A stretch of DNA of 64,000 nt, taken from the IMG/VR virus record IMGVR_UViG_3300020050_009224, positions 34,185 to 98,184 of that record. One strand, written 5' to 3'. Below, piece after piece: positions 31,707-41,375 of this stretch (position 1 is the first letter of the stretch; every line of letters starts with the position of its first letter). The notes under the pieces are model-generated. The model was not told the DNA's origin and made no database searches. It worked only from the letters and a program-made list of their open reading frames with translations. This DNA is from a virus. Its lineage: Duplodnaviria > Caudoviricetes. A program made the translations under genes and the position numbers.

Positions 31707-31931
31707 ATGGAAATAGAATTAGCACATAAAACTATAGTATGGTCTATTTACTCTGCAAATGGCTATAAATGGAGCCCTGAAAAAATACAGTCTGAATTAC
31801 CATCTGAATTAAAATATCTGACTACTATTCAAATAAAAGAGATTTTAGACTGGTTTGAAGAATACTACTGGGAAGAAGAAGAGTTTTTAAACAATTTAAG
31901 ACAACATTACCATGAACAAAGAAAATTATAA
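31707..31931 (+). CDS. Hypothetical protein
   Basis: 74 aa, within the array but lacks the tail. Confidence 0.6.
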   Translation: MEIELAHKTIVWSIYSANGYKWSPEKIQSELPSELKYLTTIQIKEILDWFEEYYWEEEEFLNNLRQHYHEQRKL

Positions 31932-32175
31932 ATTTGATATAGGAGATAAAGTAAAAGTTATTAAATGTGGATGTGGTATTAGATATGAAGATAAAGGAGT
32001 AATAGTAACTATAGTAAAACAAGGTAATTATCCATATCCAAATCATTTAGGTTATGTAGTAGATCCTCCAATAGGTAATTCTAGAGATTATTTAGGCGCA
32101 CCTTACTTTGGATTTATAGGAGAAGAATCTTTTGAATTAGTAGAAAAAGGAGAACCACAATATGAGTTATACTGA
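31912..32175 (+). CDS. YEIY-tail family protein
   Basis: FDIGDKVKV...EPQYELY*. Confidence 0.8.
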   Translation: MNKENYKFDIGDKVKVIKCGCGIRYEDKGVIVTIVKQGNYPYPNHLGYVVDPPIGNSRDYLGAPYFGFIGEESFELVEKGEPQYELY

Positions 32176-32416
32176 AATACAATTTAAAGTTGGAGACAAA
32201 GTAAGAAGAACTAAAGAAGCTTTAGATAAGAATATAGGATCATGGAGTTCAAGATGTAATGAATATGGTGTTTCTTATACTGAAGAAGTTACTGTAATTC
32301 AAATATTTGGTGTTAATTATACTGTCTCAAGCTTAACTAAACCTGATTTTAAATATGTAGGATCTGCTGAATATTTTGAGTTAACACAACAAAAAATTTA
32401 TTATGAAGTATATTAA
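32162..32416 (+). CDS. YEIY-tail family protein
   Basis: FKVGDKVRR...IYYEVY*. Confidence 0.8.
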   Translation: MSYTEIQFKVGDKVRRTKEALDKNIGSWSSRCNEYGVSYTEEVTVIQIFGVNYTVSSLTKPDFKYVGSAEYFELTQQKIYYEVY

Positions 32417-32630
32417 TTTTGAAGAAGGAGAAGAAGTAAGAATTATATCTTGCTCATATAAAAATGGTTCTTATACACATCTTATAGGTAAGATAGGAAC
32501 TGTTGATTATACAGGCCCCAGAAGAGAAAATGACATAATGCATTTATCTAATAATAAATGGGGTAAAAACTTTTACGTGAAAGATTTACAAATAATAAAT
32601 CCTAAAACAATAGATTATGAAGCTTACTGA
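32403..32630 (+). CDS. YEIY-tail family protein
   Basis: FEEGEEVRI...IDYEAY*. Confidence 0.8.
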   Translation: MKYINFEEGEEVRIISCSYKNGSYTHLIGKIGTVDYTGPRRENDIMHLSNNKWGKNFYVKDLQIINPKTIDYEAY

Positions 32631-32898
32631 TGAAAACATAGGACAATGGTATAAATGGCTATATAAAACTACAGATCCTGAATATATGCTTTATTATAGG
32701 TATATGGGTATTGTAGATAAAATAAGTATACAAATAGAAGGATCTATATCAAGAGGTGGGGGATTACAGGCTAATACTCATACTTCTAGACATACTCTTC
32801 TTAGTGAATCTGTTGAAGTAGAAGAATCTGAAGTAAGAGAGTTTTATTTAAAACATGGTCATAGATGGGAGTTTGAAATTAAATACGAAATATATTAA
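32617..32898 (+). CDS. YEIY-tail family protein
   Basis: IGQWYK subfamily; ends EIKYEIY*. Confidence 0.8.
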   Translation: MKLTDENIGQWYKWLYKTTDPEYMLYYRYMGIVDKISIQIEGSISRGGGLQANTHTSRHTLLSESVEVEESEVREFYLKHGHRWEFEIKYEIY

Positions 32899-32902
32899 AA
32901 TT

Positions 32903-33184
32903 ATGAAGGATTTTAAAATTGGCAAATTAGTAAAAGTAATATATTCTGATGGAAATAGTTGGATGGGTAGAGTATCCAAAGGTAATGTAAAAGATTTTGA
33001 GACTTATACTTCTTTATGTATTCACAGAAAAACTTATGAGCTTTATAAAGGAATATTTCATCTACATGATAAAGTAATAGATCCTACCCCTGAAGAGATA
33101 AAATGGTTTGAAGCTTGTGAAAAGGAAAATAAATTCATACCTCTTGAAGAAATTAATACAGAACCACAATACGAAACTTACTAA
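32903..33184 (+). CDS. YEIY-tail family protein
   Basis: MKDFKIGKLVK...EPQYETY*; stop overlaps the polA ATG. Confidence 0.8.
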   Translation: MKDFKIGKLVKVIYSDGNSWMGRVSKGNVKDFETYTSLCIHRKTYELYKGIFHLHDKVIDPTPEEIKWFEACEKENKFIPLEEINTEPQYETY

Positions 33185-35708
33185 TGATTTATTTTTTAGG
33201 TAATAAAGATCTTTTTTCAGATGATATAAGTTATTGTACTGAAGAACAAATATTAGAATACTGTAGGTTTAAACCTAAATTAGGATTAGATATAGAAACT
33301 ACTAGAAAATATGCTATAAACAAATACAAAGAAGACATTTATAAACCTGGTTTAGATCCTTACATGACTAAAATCTGTATGCTTCAAATAGGAGATTTAA
33401 ATAATCAATTTGTAATAGATGTTAGAACACATAGTATTGAATTTCTTAAAACTGTGTTAGAAGATGAATCAGTATTAAAAGTAGGTCATAATCTAAAATT
33501 TGAAGGTAAGCATATTCTTCTGGGGTATAGTATTTTTATAAAAAATGTATGGGATACTATGATTTGTGAAAGGATTCTTTATAATGGAGAACCTATTAAA
33601 TATTCTTTACAAGCTTTAGCAGGTCGATATTTAGGAATTTTGCCCAGAGAAGAATTAAGTTTGTTTGAAGAGGAAGAAGTAGAAGATTTAGAACCTGTTG
33701 AAGAATTAGATGATTTAAACTTTTTAGATTATAAAGAAAAAATTTACATAGACAAGTCTATTAGAACTAATTTTATCAATATAGGATCTAGGCCTTTTAC
33801 ATTAGATGAAATTAAATATGGTGTAAATGATATTATTTATCCTTTGCAGATTCAAAGTATTCAAAACAAAGGTAGATTAATTGACGGTGAATTATATAAT
33901 CCTATTAATGGATTTTACACTGAAAATAAATTTACCCAAGTTTTGGCCAAAATCGAATTAAGAGGTATTAAGGTTTATCAAGAAAAATGGAAAGAAGTTT
34001 ATAAAAAAAATAAACAAATACATACTGATAAGATTGGTAGATTAGATTTATGGGTGCAAAAAAATCATCCTAAATTTGCTACTCAATATGATTTATTTAA
34101 TTCAGAACCTACTTGTAGTATAATGTGGAGTTCACCTGCTGAAGTTATAAAATTTGCTAAATATTTAGGAATTTGTCCTAAAGAAAAATCTAAATTTACA
34201 GGTACGGAAGAATACACTGTTGGCGCTAAAGCTATGTTTAAACTTCTTACTAATGAAAATAAAGAAAAATTTTATAAAGATCAGGAAATAGAATTTCAAG
34301 ATAAAAATGACACTCAAGCTTTTATTCTTAATTTTTTATTATCTAAAAAATATCAACAGCTTACAACTACTTTTGGCTTAGAATGGCTAAGATTTATACA
34401 TCCTATTACAGGTAAAGTACATACTAACTTTATTCAATTAATGAATACAGGTAGAATGAGTAGCACTAGTCCTAATTTACAACAAATTCCCAGTGGTAAA
34501 GTTTGGAGAGAAATGTTTATATCTGAAGATAATAAAAATTTAGTATCTACTGATTTTTCGGCCCAAGAAGTTAGAATAGCTGCTGAAGTTACTAAAGTTA
34601 AAAATCTTCAAGATTTATTTATACATGGACATCCAATATTTAAGAAAGATGTTCATAGTTTGACAGCTACTAACATGTTTAAAATTATTACAGGAGATCC
34701 TGAATGGATATGTGATCCTTCTAAACATAAAAAAGAAAGAAATGTAGCTAAAGCAATGATTTTTAAAATTCTTTACGGTAAAAAATTAAAATTTGTAAGG
34801 AAATTACTGCTTACAAAGAAAAAGAAATCAATTTGCCGCATTATTAAGTAATTAGTAATGATAAAAGAGGGATAAACGGGGAAAGTCCTATGTCTAGGAT
34901 AATCCCGTACCAAGCATAAGTTTAAATAATTTATGAAGGTCGAACGACTAGTTAGTGAAACTTAGAAATAAGAATATAATCTAACCACGAAACCCCTCAA
35001 CCCTAATTAGGGTTATGATATAGTCTAAACTGTAACTATAAATAAAATTACAGAAACATAGGATAAAGAGCCTATGTGATAATACAATTGGGTTCAGATT
35101 TTACTATTTCTCAAGATTTAGGAGTAAATTTAGAAGAAGGAACTAAGTTTTTTAGAGCTTTTATGGATGCTTATCCAGGTTTAGAAAAGAATTTTGCAGA
35201 TACTAAAAAATTGGCATTACAAAGAGGTTGGATAGAACTTGATCCATTTACTAAGAAAAGATACTTTTTTCCACATTATAAAGAAATGTTAGCTTTACAT
35301 AAAAGAGCCTCTGCTTATTATCCTGAAAATTATAATACTTATACAAAAGAAGAAAAAGCTATATTTAAAGCTGATCTTAAAATCAAATCTCCAGAATTAT
35401 CTGGTATTTGGAAACAGTATATGATATTTAAAGGAAAATTAGAAAGAGCTTCTCTTAATTATAGAATTCAATCTAATGCTTCTACAATGATGAAAATAGC
35501 AGCTATTATGATAGAAAAAAATAATAATAGTTTGGAAGAAGGGTTGCTATTAATAGTACACGATGAAACAGTAGAAACATATTTAATTGAAAAAACTAAA
35601 GATAAATCTAAATTTACTGTAGAGTGTATGAAAAATGCTGGTAAAGTAACATGTAAAAAAGTTCCTATGGATGCAGTATCTGAAATAGGTGATTATTGGA
35701 TACATTAA
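33184..35708 (+). CDS. polA: DNA polymerase family A (3'-5' exonuclease + polymerase), spliced join(33184..34779,35091..35708), 737 aa
   Basis: ExoI DIET, ExoII HNLKFE, TGRMSS, motif A DFSAQE, motif B restored by splicing (RNVAKAMIFKILYG|GS), motif C VHDE. Confidence 0.92.
34780..35090 (+). ncRNA. Group I intron (311 nt, no ORF) in polA
   Basis: 5' exon ends in U pairing with IGS (CGGU|AAA with UUUGCCG, U.G wobble); P AAACGGGGAA, Q AATCCCG, R AACGACTA, S GATATAGTCT; terminal G at 35090. Confidence 0.88.
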
Positions 35709-35726
35709 TTAAAAAAAATAATAAAA

Positions 35727-35975
35727 ATGACAAATGAAAATTCAATCCCTGAAAAATGGTACGTTAAAGGCCCTATAAAAGAAATAGGAACAGGTAATTT
35801 TGATACAAAGTATTGGTCTGGACGTGGTAATTTAGGTTACTATTGGGTAAAAGATAATGTCTTACAATACGGAGATGTACCTAAAGGTTATACTCAAATT
35901 ACAATTGATCAGTATAAAGAACTAATAAATAAACAAACTGATGGAGAAAAAGAAATTATTTACGAAGCCTACTAA
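35727..35975 (+). CDS. YEIY-tail family protein
   Basis: Ends EIIYEAY*. Confidence 0.8.
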   Translation: MTNENSIPEKWYVKGPIKEIGTGNFDTKYWSGRGNLGYYWVKDNVLQYGDVPKGYTQITIDQYKELINKQTDGEKEIIYEAY

Positions 35976-36219
35976 AATAGCAATAGAATGTAATTGTGAA
36001 GAACATTTTAATATACTGATGGATTTATTAAGAACTACTTATAGTAAATATGAACATGTATCTATATTAAGGTCAGGTTATGCAAATCCACATTTAGATA
36101 TAAAAAATGGGTCTTATGCTGGAAAAGAATGGTTTTTAAATGAAAATTATGAATGTATAACATTTGCTGAATTTGAAGTTAGGTATTTAAATAAAGAAAT
36201 ATCCTATGAAATATATTAG
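35941..36219 (+). CDS. YEIY-tail family protein
   Basis: Ends EISYEIY*. Confidence 0.8.
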   Translation: MEKKKLFTKPTKIAIECNCEEHFNILMDLLRTTYSKYEHVSILRSGYANPHLDIKNGSYAGKEWFLNENYECITFAEFEVRYLNKEISYEIY

Positions 36220-36454
36220 AATAAAAACAAAAGAAGAATTTATCAAAGATGGGTTGTGGACTAATGCAAGAAAAGAATATGAAGGTAATCCAATAGGCTG
36301 GGAATCTGCTGGAAAAATGAATGAATATTTAGGATTTAAAATGGAACATATGCATAGTATTCCAAATTCTACAGTAAGATTTAAAGGCTGGGCTTTTGTA
36401 CCTGAAGATTTTATTTTAGTTCACGAAAATTATGAAAATTATGAAATTTACTAA
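36206..36454 (+). CDS. YEIY-tail family protein
   Basis: Ends ENYENYEIY*. Confidence 0.8.
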   Translation: MKYIRIKTKEEFIKDGLWTNARKEYEGNPIGWESAGKMNEYLGFKMEHMHSIPNSTVRFKGWAFVPEDFILVHENYENYEIY

Positions 36455-36743
36455 TCATTTTTATGTTATCTATGAAGATTTATTATCTGAAGATAAATTT
36501 AATAAGATAAAAAACGCTCTTACTAATAAAGGGATTTTACCTGGATACCATATTACTAATTTTAATTATGAGGGGTATAAGTATTTTAGTCCTGGAAGTC
36601 GTAACATTTATATAAGAATAGAAAAAAATAATGCAGCTTATCTAGATAACAATAAACAAAATCATGAAATAAAATTAAGTATAGAAGAATTTGAAAAATT
36701 TTTTTTAATGCTAAAAGATGATATTAACTATGAAATATATTAA
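36432..36743 (+). CDS. YEIY-tail family protein
   Basis: Ends DINYEIY*; start at 36432 or 36441. Confidence 0.8.
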   Translation: MKIMKFTNHFYVIYEDLLSEDKFNKIKNALTNKGILPGYHITNFNYEGYKYFSPGSRNIYIRIEKNNAAYLDNNKQNHEIKLSIEEFEKFFLMLKDDINYEIY

Positions 36744-36764
36744 ATCAATGATTTAAAACAATTT

Positions 36765-37016
36765 ATGAAGAAAGCAGATCAAGAAGAAAACTGGATGGTA
36801 CTTGAAACACAGGCCTATCAAGTAAACAAAGCAAGAGAAGTACTCAGTAAATTAAAGATAAAAGAAAATACTGAAGAAAGAGTAGATCTGTTGTTAAATG
36901 ATAAGTTTAATACACTTATCAATATATCTCTTAAAACAATGAAAGAATTAAGAGAGAAATTTAAAACTGAAAAAGAGATAAAGAAGCAGTATAGATTAAA
37001 ATACAACTTAAAATGA
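36765..37016 (+). CDS. Hypothetical protein
   Basis: 83 aa ORF. Confidence 0.6.
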   Translation: MKKADQEENWMVLETQAYQVNKAREVLSKLKIKENTEERVDLLLNDKFNTLINISLKTMKELREKFKTEKEIKKQYRLKYNLK

Positions 37017-37573
37017 AGTATATAATAGATACAAATAGTGAATTATCTCCTGATCTTCAATGGTTTTTATACCTTATAAAAGAAGGTAAAACAGAAGAAG
37101 CTAATAAATTTGAAACTGAAAATAGTCCATTTGAAGGAAATCCAATAGAACCTTATAGGGATAAATTAATTAGGCTAGGATATTTAGTTTCTACAGACAA
37201 AGTAAATAAACTTAAGAAAAGTAAAGTTAGTACATTAGATGCATTAGTAGAAGAAATAGTTGATCTTTATTTAGATAAGTTTAAAAACAAAAAAACAGGA
37301 GTAGCTGGGGATAAGCCTAAAGTAATTAAAAAACTTAAAGCTTTCTTTGAAGAGTATCCAAAATTTGCTGATAAAGATATAGTGTTATCAGCTACTACTA
37401 GATATATAAACTCATGTGCTAGAAGTAATTTTCAATACTTAGTTAAAGCACATTATTTTATTTATAAAGACGAAAAAGATGGATTTGGCGCTAGTTCTCA
37501 ACTAGCTAATTTCTGTGAAGAAGTTGATGGATTAAGTAACACTACAGTTACTGATAATTATGATGTAGGATGA
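37013..37573 (+). CDS. Conserved protein upstream of the helicase (possible replisome organizer/loader)
   Basis: 186 aa, coupled to the helicase; AT..YI...HYFI.K...S.L...C pattern. Confidence 0.6.
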   Translation: MKYIIDTNSELSPDLQWFLYLIKEGKTEEANKFETENSPFEGNPIEPYRDKLIRLGYLVSTDKVNKLKKSKVSTLDALVEEIVDLYLDKFKNKKTGVAGDKPKVIKKLKAFFEEYPKFADKDIVLSATTRYINSCARSNFQYLVKAHYFIYKDEKDGFGASSQLANFCEEVDGLSNTTVTDNYDVG

Positions 37574-38613
37574 GTATATTAAGAGAAAGAGTTAAAGCTG
37601 GATTATCTGGCGATTATGAGGGTCTTAATAATGGTTTTAATAGAATTAATGAGTATATATTTGGTACTCAAAAATCTACAATTTTATTACTTGGTGGAGA
37701 AAGCGGTACTTATAAAACTACATTAGTAGATTTTATAGTGAGAAATAATATGGAAGATGCAGAAGCTAAAGGTATCAAGCTTAATGTATTTTATAATTCA
37801 TGGGAGATTGATGAGCTAACTAAAAAATGTAACTGGCTCTCTTCTCATATTTATGATAAATATAAAATAATTATTCCTCCTAAAGTAATTAAAGGTTTAG
37901 GCACTAACAGGCTAACTAAAGATCAACAGGAATTAGTAGAATCAGAAATAGATTATATAGACGAATTATTTAAAAAAATAAAATGGTCTTATACTCCAAT
38001 GAATCCTACAGGAGTCTATAAACAACTTTATGACTTTATGGAGAAAAGAGGTAAGATTATGTATGAATCTTATACTGATGAAGCTGGGGTTCTTAAACAA
38101 AAACCTCATAAATTTATAGCTGATGATCCTACAGAAGTAAATTTAGTTATAACAGATCACTTATACTATCTTAAAAAAGAACGAGGATTTCAAACTAAGG
38201 AAGTAATAGATAAGTTTTCTGAATATTGTGTATTTCATAGAAATTTATTTAATATAAGTTTTATTCATTTACAGCAGTTTAATGATGGGTTAAGTAGTAT
38301 AGATAGGCAAAAGTTTAAAGGTGTTGATATAAGCCCTCAGAAAACAGATTTTAAAGATACTAGAAATACATTTGCAGATTCTGATATAGTATTAGGTACA
38401 ATGAATCCTTTTAAACTAGATTTAGATAACTGTTGTAGATATGATGTAAAAAGATTAGGAAAATTCTTTGTGGCTTTAAAACTAATAAAAAACAGATTAG
38501 AAGAAGACAATGTAATGTTTCCTTTATATGTAAATCCTAATGCTGGGACTTTTGAAGAATTGCCTAGAGATCCAGCTGGATTTGATTATAGTAAATACAA
38601 TATAAAAAAATAA
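37570..38613 (+). CDS. Replicative DnaB-like (SF4) helicase
   Basis: Walker A GESGTYKT, SWE, Walker B VITDH, QQ.N, KNR motifs. Confidence 0.85.
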   Translation: MSILRERVKAGLSGDYEGLNNGFNRINEYIFGTQKSTILLLGGESGTYKTTLVDFIVRNNMEDAEAKGIKLNVFYNSWEIDELTKKCNWLSSHIYDKYKIIIPPKVIKGLGTNRLTKDQQELVESEIDYIDELFKKIKWSYTPMNPTGVYKQLYDFMEKRGKIMYESYTDEAGVLKQKPHKFIADDPTEVNLVITDHLYYLKKERGFQTKEVIDKFSEYCVFHRNLFNISFIHLQQFNDGLSSIDRQKFKGVDISPQKTDFKDTRNTFADSDIVLGTMNPFKLDLDNCCRYDVKRLGKFFVALKLIKNRLEEDNVMFPLYVNPNAGTFEELPRDPAGFDYSKYNIKK

Positions 38614-38984
38614 TGAAGCCACAAATAGCAAAACTATGGTGTGAAGCACTTAGATCTGGTGAGTTTAAGCAAGGTACGGGTAAATTAAGACAAGTTGATG
38701 AACATGATGGGAAAAAGTATTGTTGTTTAGGAATACTTTGTGAATTATACTCTAAAGATTTAGAAAAAAAGAAAAAACCAAGTACAAATCTTTATTATAA
38801 AAATTTGCTTTTACCTCTCGAAGTTCAAAAATGGGCAGGTTTTAGAGTTGATGATGGTATATGTTTTAATAAATATAAAGGCAAAGACGGATTAATGTAT
38901 AGTAGTTTAAGCTCACTTAATGATAGTGGTATAACATTTAAACGAATAGCAAATATAATTGAAAAAGAAGTTGAAAATTTATGA
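38613..38984 (+). CDS. Conserved phage protein
   Basis: W..ALRSG..KQG.G.L...YCCLG.LCE...LND.G..F..IA..IE pattern. Confidence 0.7.
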   Translation: MKPQIAKLWCEALRSGEFKQGTGKLRQVDEHDGKKYCCLGILCELYSKDLEKKKKPSTNLYYKNLLLPLEVQKWAGFRVDDGICFNKYKGKDGLMYSSLSSLNDSGITFKRIANIIEKEVENL

Positions 38985-39664
38985 GTGCAATAGCGATAGT
39001 AGGAAAATCTGGAGAAGGAAAAAGTACTTCAATGGGAAGTATTCCAGAGTTAGAAATTGAAGGTTTAAATCCAAAAGAAACATTTTTAATAAATGTAACC
39101 GCTGGTAAAGATCTTCCATTTAGAGGTTGGAGAAAATTGTATAATTCTGAAAATAAGAATTATCTAGAAACTACAGATGCTAAAAAAATAGCAGAGCTGA
39201 TAGCGAATATATCAAGTAAAGCTCCTAATATTAAAAACATTGTAGTAGATGATGGGCAGTTTATAATGTCCTTTGAATACATGAGTAGAGCTAAAGAAAA
39301 TGGTTATAATAAGTTTGTAGATCTAGGAGTTAATACTAAAATTCTTATAGATGCAGCTAAAGCCACAAGACCTGATCTTAAAGTATATTTTATGTGGCAT
39401 ACTGAGGATAATAAAGAATTTGGCCTTAAAATGAAGACAGTAGGTAATATGATAGATCAATACCTCACTCTAGAAGGCTTATTTACTATTATTCTTTACA
39501 GTAAAGTAGAAAAAGGAGTTGGAAATAAAATGAAATATGAATTTGTTACTAACAATGATGGAAAATATCCAGCTAAATCACCAGTAGGCATGTTTAAAGA
39601 TATGTATATTAAAAATGATTTAGGATTTGTGAATAAACAAATTGATGATTATTACAATGGATAA
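38981..39664 (+). CDS. AAA-family ATPase (Sak4-like)
   Basis: Walker A GKSGEGKST, Walker B IVVDD, C-terminal AKSP.GMF. Confidence 0.82.
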   Translation: MSAIAIVGKSGEGKSTSMGSIPELEIEGLNPKETFLINVTAGKDLPFRGWRKLYNSENKNYLETTDAKKIAELIANISSKAPNIKNIVVDDGQFIMSFEYMSRAKENGYNKFVDLGVNTKILIDAAKATRPDLKVYFMWHTEDNKEFGLKMKTVGNMIDQYLTLEGLFTIILYSKVEKGVGNKMKYEFVTNNDGKYPAKSPVGMFKDMYIKNDLGFVNKQIDDYYNG

Positions 39665-39666
39665 TA

Positions 39667-40642
39667 ATGTATAGAGATATATTTGGAAATGTACCTAAAA
39701 TTGGAGATATAATCATAATATCTAATAACAGAACTACGTCATTAGACTGTTGTGTAATTGAAAGCTTTGGAAAAAATACTATTAACCTACATACAAAAGG
39801 AATAAATGGTAAAAATATTATTTTCAAGGGATTAAATTGCCTAACTTTTAAATGGTTTGGACAACAATTAAGAGGTAGAGATTATTTAATAATAGGTAAT
39901 ATAGACACAGATAAACAACACATAAAAACAATTTAAAAAATGAGTGAAATTCAATGGGGTTTGGAAAAAAGAGAACCCAAAAAAAAGATTGATTATTATA
40001 AAGAAAAAGCAATAATGACAATTATTCTTCCAGCAGAGGGAGAAAAAACTACAGATATTCTTTTTAATTCTAAGGCCACAGACTTGTTGGGACTTGATAA
40101 AAATTCTGTAGTAAGTGTTAGCTTTAAAGATGGTATTGTAGGTAATCTTACAACTGTAAAAGAAGCTGATGGTAAAACTTATTTCCCAGTTTATACTAAC
40201 AATGAGTATGCTGGAGCTTACTTTATTAATAAACCAGTAGCTGATTCTCTTACTGAAAAGTATAACCTTACATATTTTGGTAGACTAGCTCACATTGAGC
40301 TTAGTACAGAAGTAACTGAAGGTACAATTCCTACTTTGAATATTGTAGGACAACTTCAACAACCTGGTACTGGTGGTACTTTATTAGAAAAAACAGTTAA
40401 CTATGAAGACGCTGTTTAATTTTAAGACAAATGCACAAAAGTTTAGTGATAGCTCTAATAATATTATTAAAGTATTTACTAATGCAGTAAACGACTTGAT
40501 GTTAGAAAATTCAAAAATTTCAGAAGTTTCAAAAAATAATACAGAACAAATTATTGAACTAGAAACAGAAAATGAAGAATTAACTAAAATCAAAAATCAA
40601 AACGAGAATATAATTTTAAAAATCAAAAATATTTATGAGTAA
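39667..40642 (+). CDS. Three hypothetical proteins (39667-39936, 39940-40419, 40403-40642)
   Basis: Tightly packed ORFs in the replication operon. Confidence 0.6.
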
Positions 40643-41258
40643 CAGTGAAAAATTTAATTGGGAAGACTATGATAATGGCCCAAAAACAGTAATTTTCAAT
40701 GCAGGAAAAGCAGGAGAATTGACTTGTACAGCTAAATTAAGAAATACAACAGGAGAGCTAGGGCCTAATGGTAATCCATTACCTCTTTATATGCTCACTT
40801 TAAGTGATGCTAATAATGTAGATGAAAAAGGAGCCGTTAAAACTCTGGAAGTAGCTTACTATAGCCCTAAAGTTGTTGATCAATCTTTAGAAGCTGATCT
40901 TCTAAAAAGAGCTAAAAATGCTGAAAAAGCTAATATGCTAAGTGCTAAAGCATTGTATGAAGCTATGGTAGGTGGAACTATGCCAATGGGTAGTACACCT
41001 CAAGAAGCTTTTACATTGGTAATGGAAGCATGTGTAGCTATTGGTGAAAAGCAAGTTAGAGCTTTTGTAGAATATGCTAAAACTAATAAACCTCATAGAT
41101 ATTTAACTATGAGAACTGGTTTTAAAAAAGGTATTTTAGCTAATAGCAGTACTGAAGTTTTTGAAGCTTCAGATTTTATGAACAGACCACCTGCTCCTAA
41201 TACTGAAAGCACTACTACAACTGCAACAGCAGCTGCTGGTGATGATCTTCCTTTTTAG
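40635..41258 (+). CDS. ssb: Single-stranded DNA-binding protein
   Basis: Low-complexity linker and acidic tail GDDLPF; located in the replication module. Confidence 0.7.
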   Translation: MSNSEKFNWEDYDNGPKTVIFNAGKAGELTCTAKLRNTTGELGPNGNPLPLYMLTLSDANNVDEKGAVKTLEVAYYSPKVVDQSLEADLLKRAKNAEKANMLSAKALYEAMVGGTMPMGSTPQEAFTLVMEACVAIGEKQVRAFVEYAKTNKPHRYLTMRTGFKKGILANSSTEVFEASDFMNRPPAPNTESTTTTATAAAGDDLPF

Positions 41259-41305
41259 TATTTAGTGCATAATAGCAAAACCAGAAAATAAATAGTCAAA
41301 TAAAG

Positions 41306-41339
41306 AAATAGGGTACTACACTTATAGTACCCTATTTTT
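41306..41339 (+). terminator. Intrinsic terminator
   Basis: AAATAGGGTACTA/TAGTACCCTATTT stem plus T-run. Confidence 0.8.
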
Positions 41340-41375
41340 CTTTTATATTAAATCTTTTAAAGAACAATCCTCAAT

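Noticed and set aside
31912-33184. EPQYELY/EPQYETY as mimics of the Src SH2 ligand EPQYEEI
   Set aside because: Only two members have EPQ, the +2/+3 residues differ, and the host is bacterial; likely coincidence.
33184-35708. polA as a split gene or pseudogene
   Set aside because: The interruption has full group I intron hallmarks and splicing restores motif B in frame.
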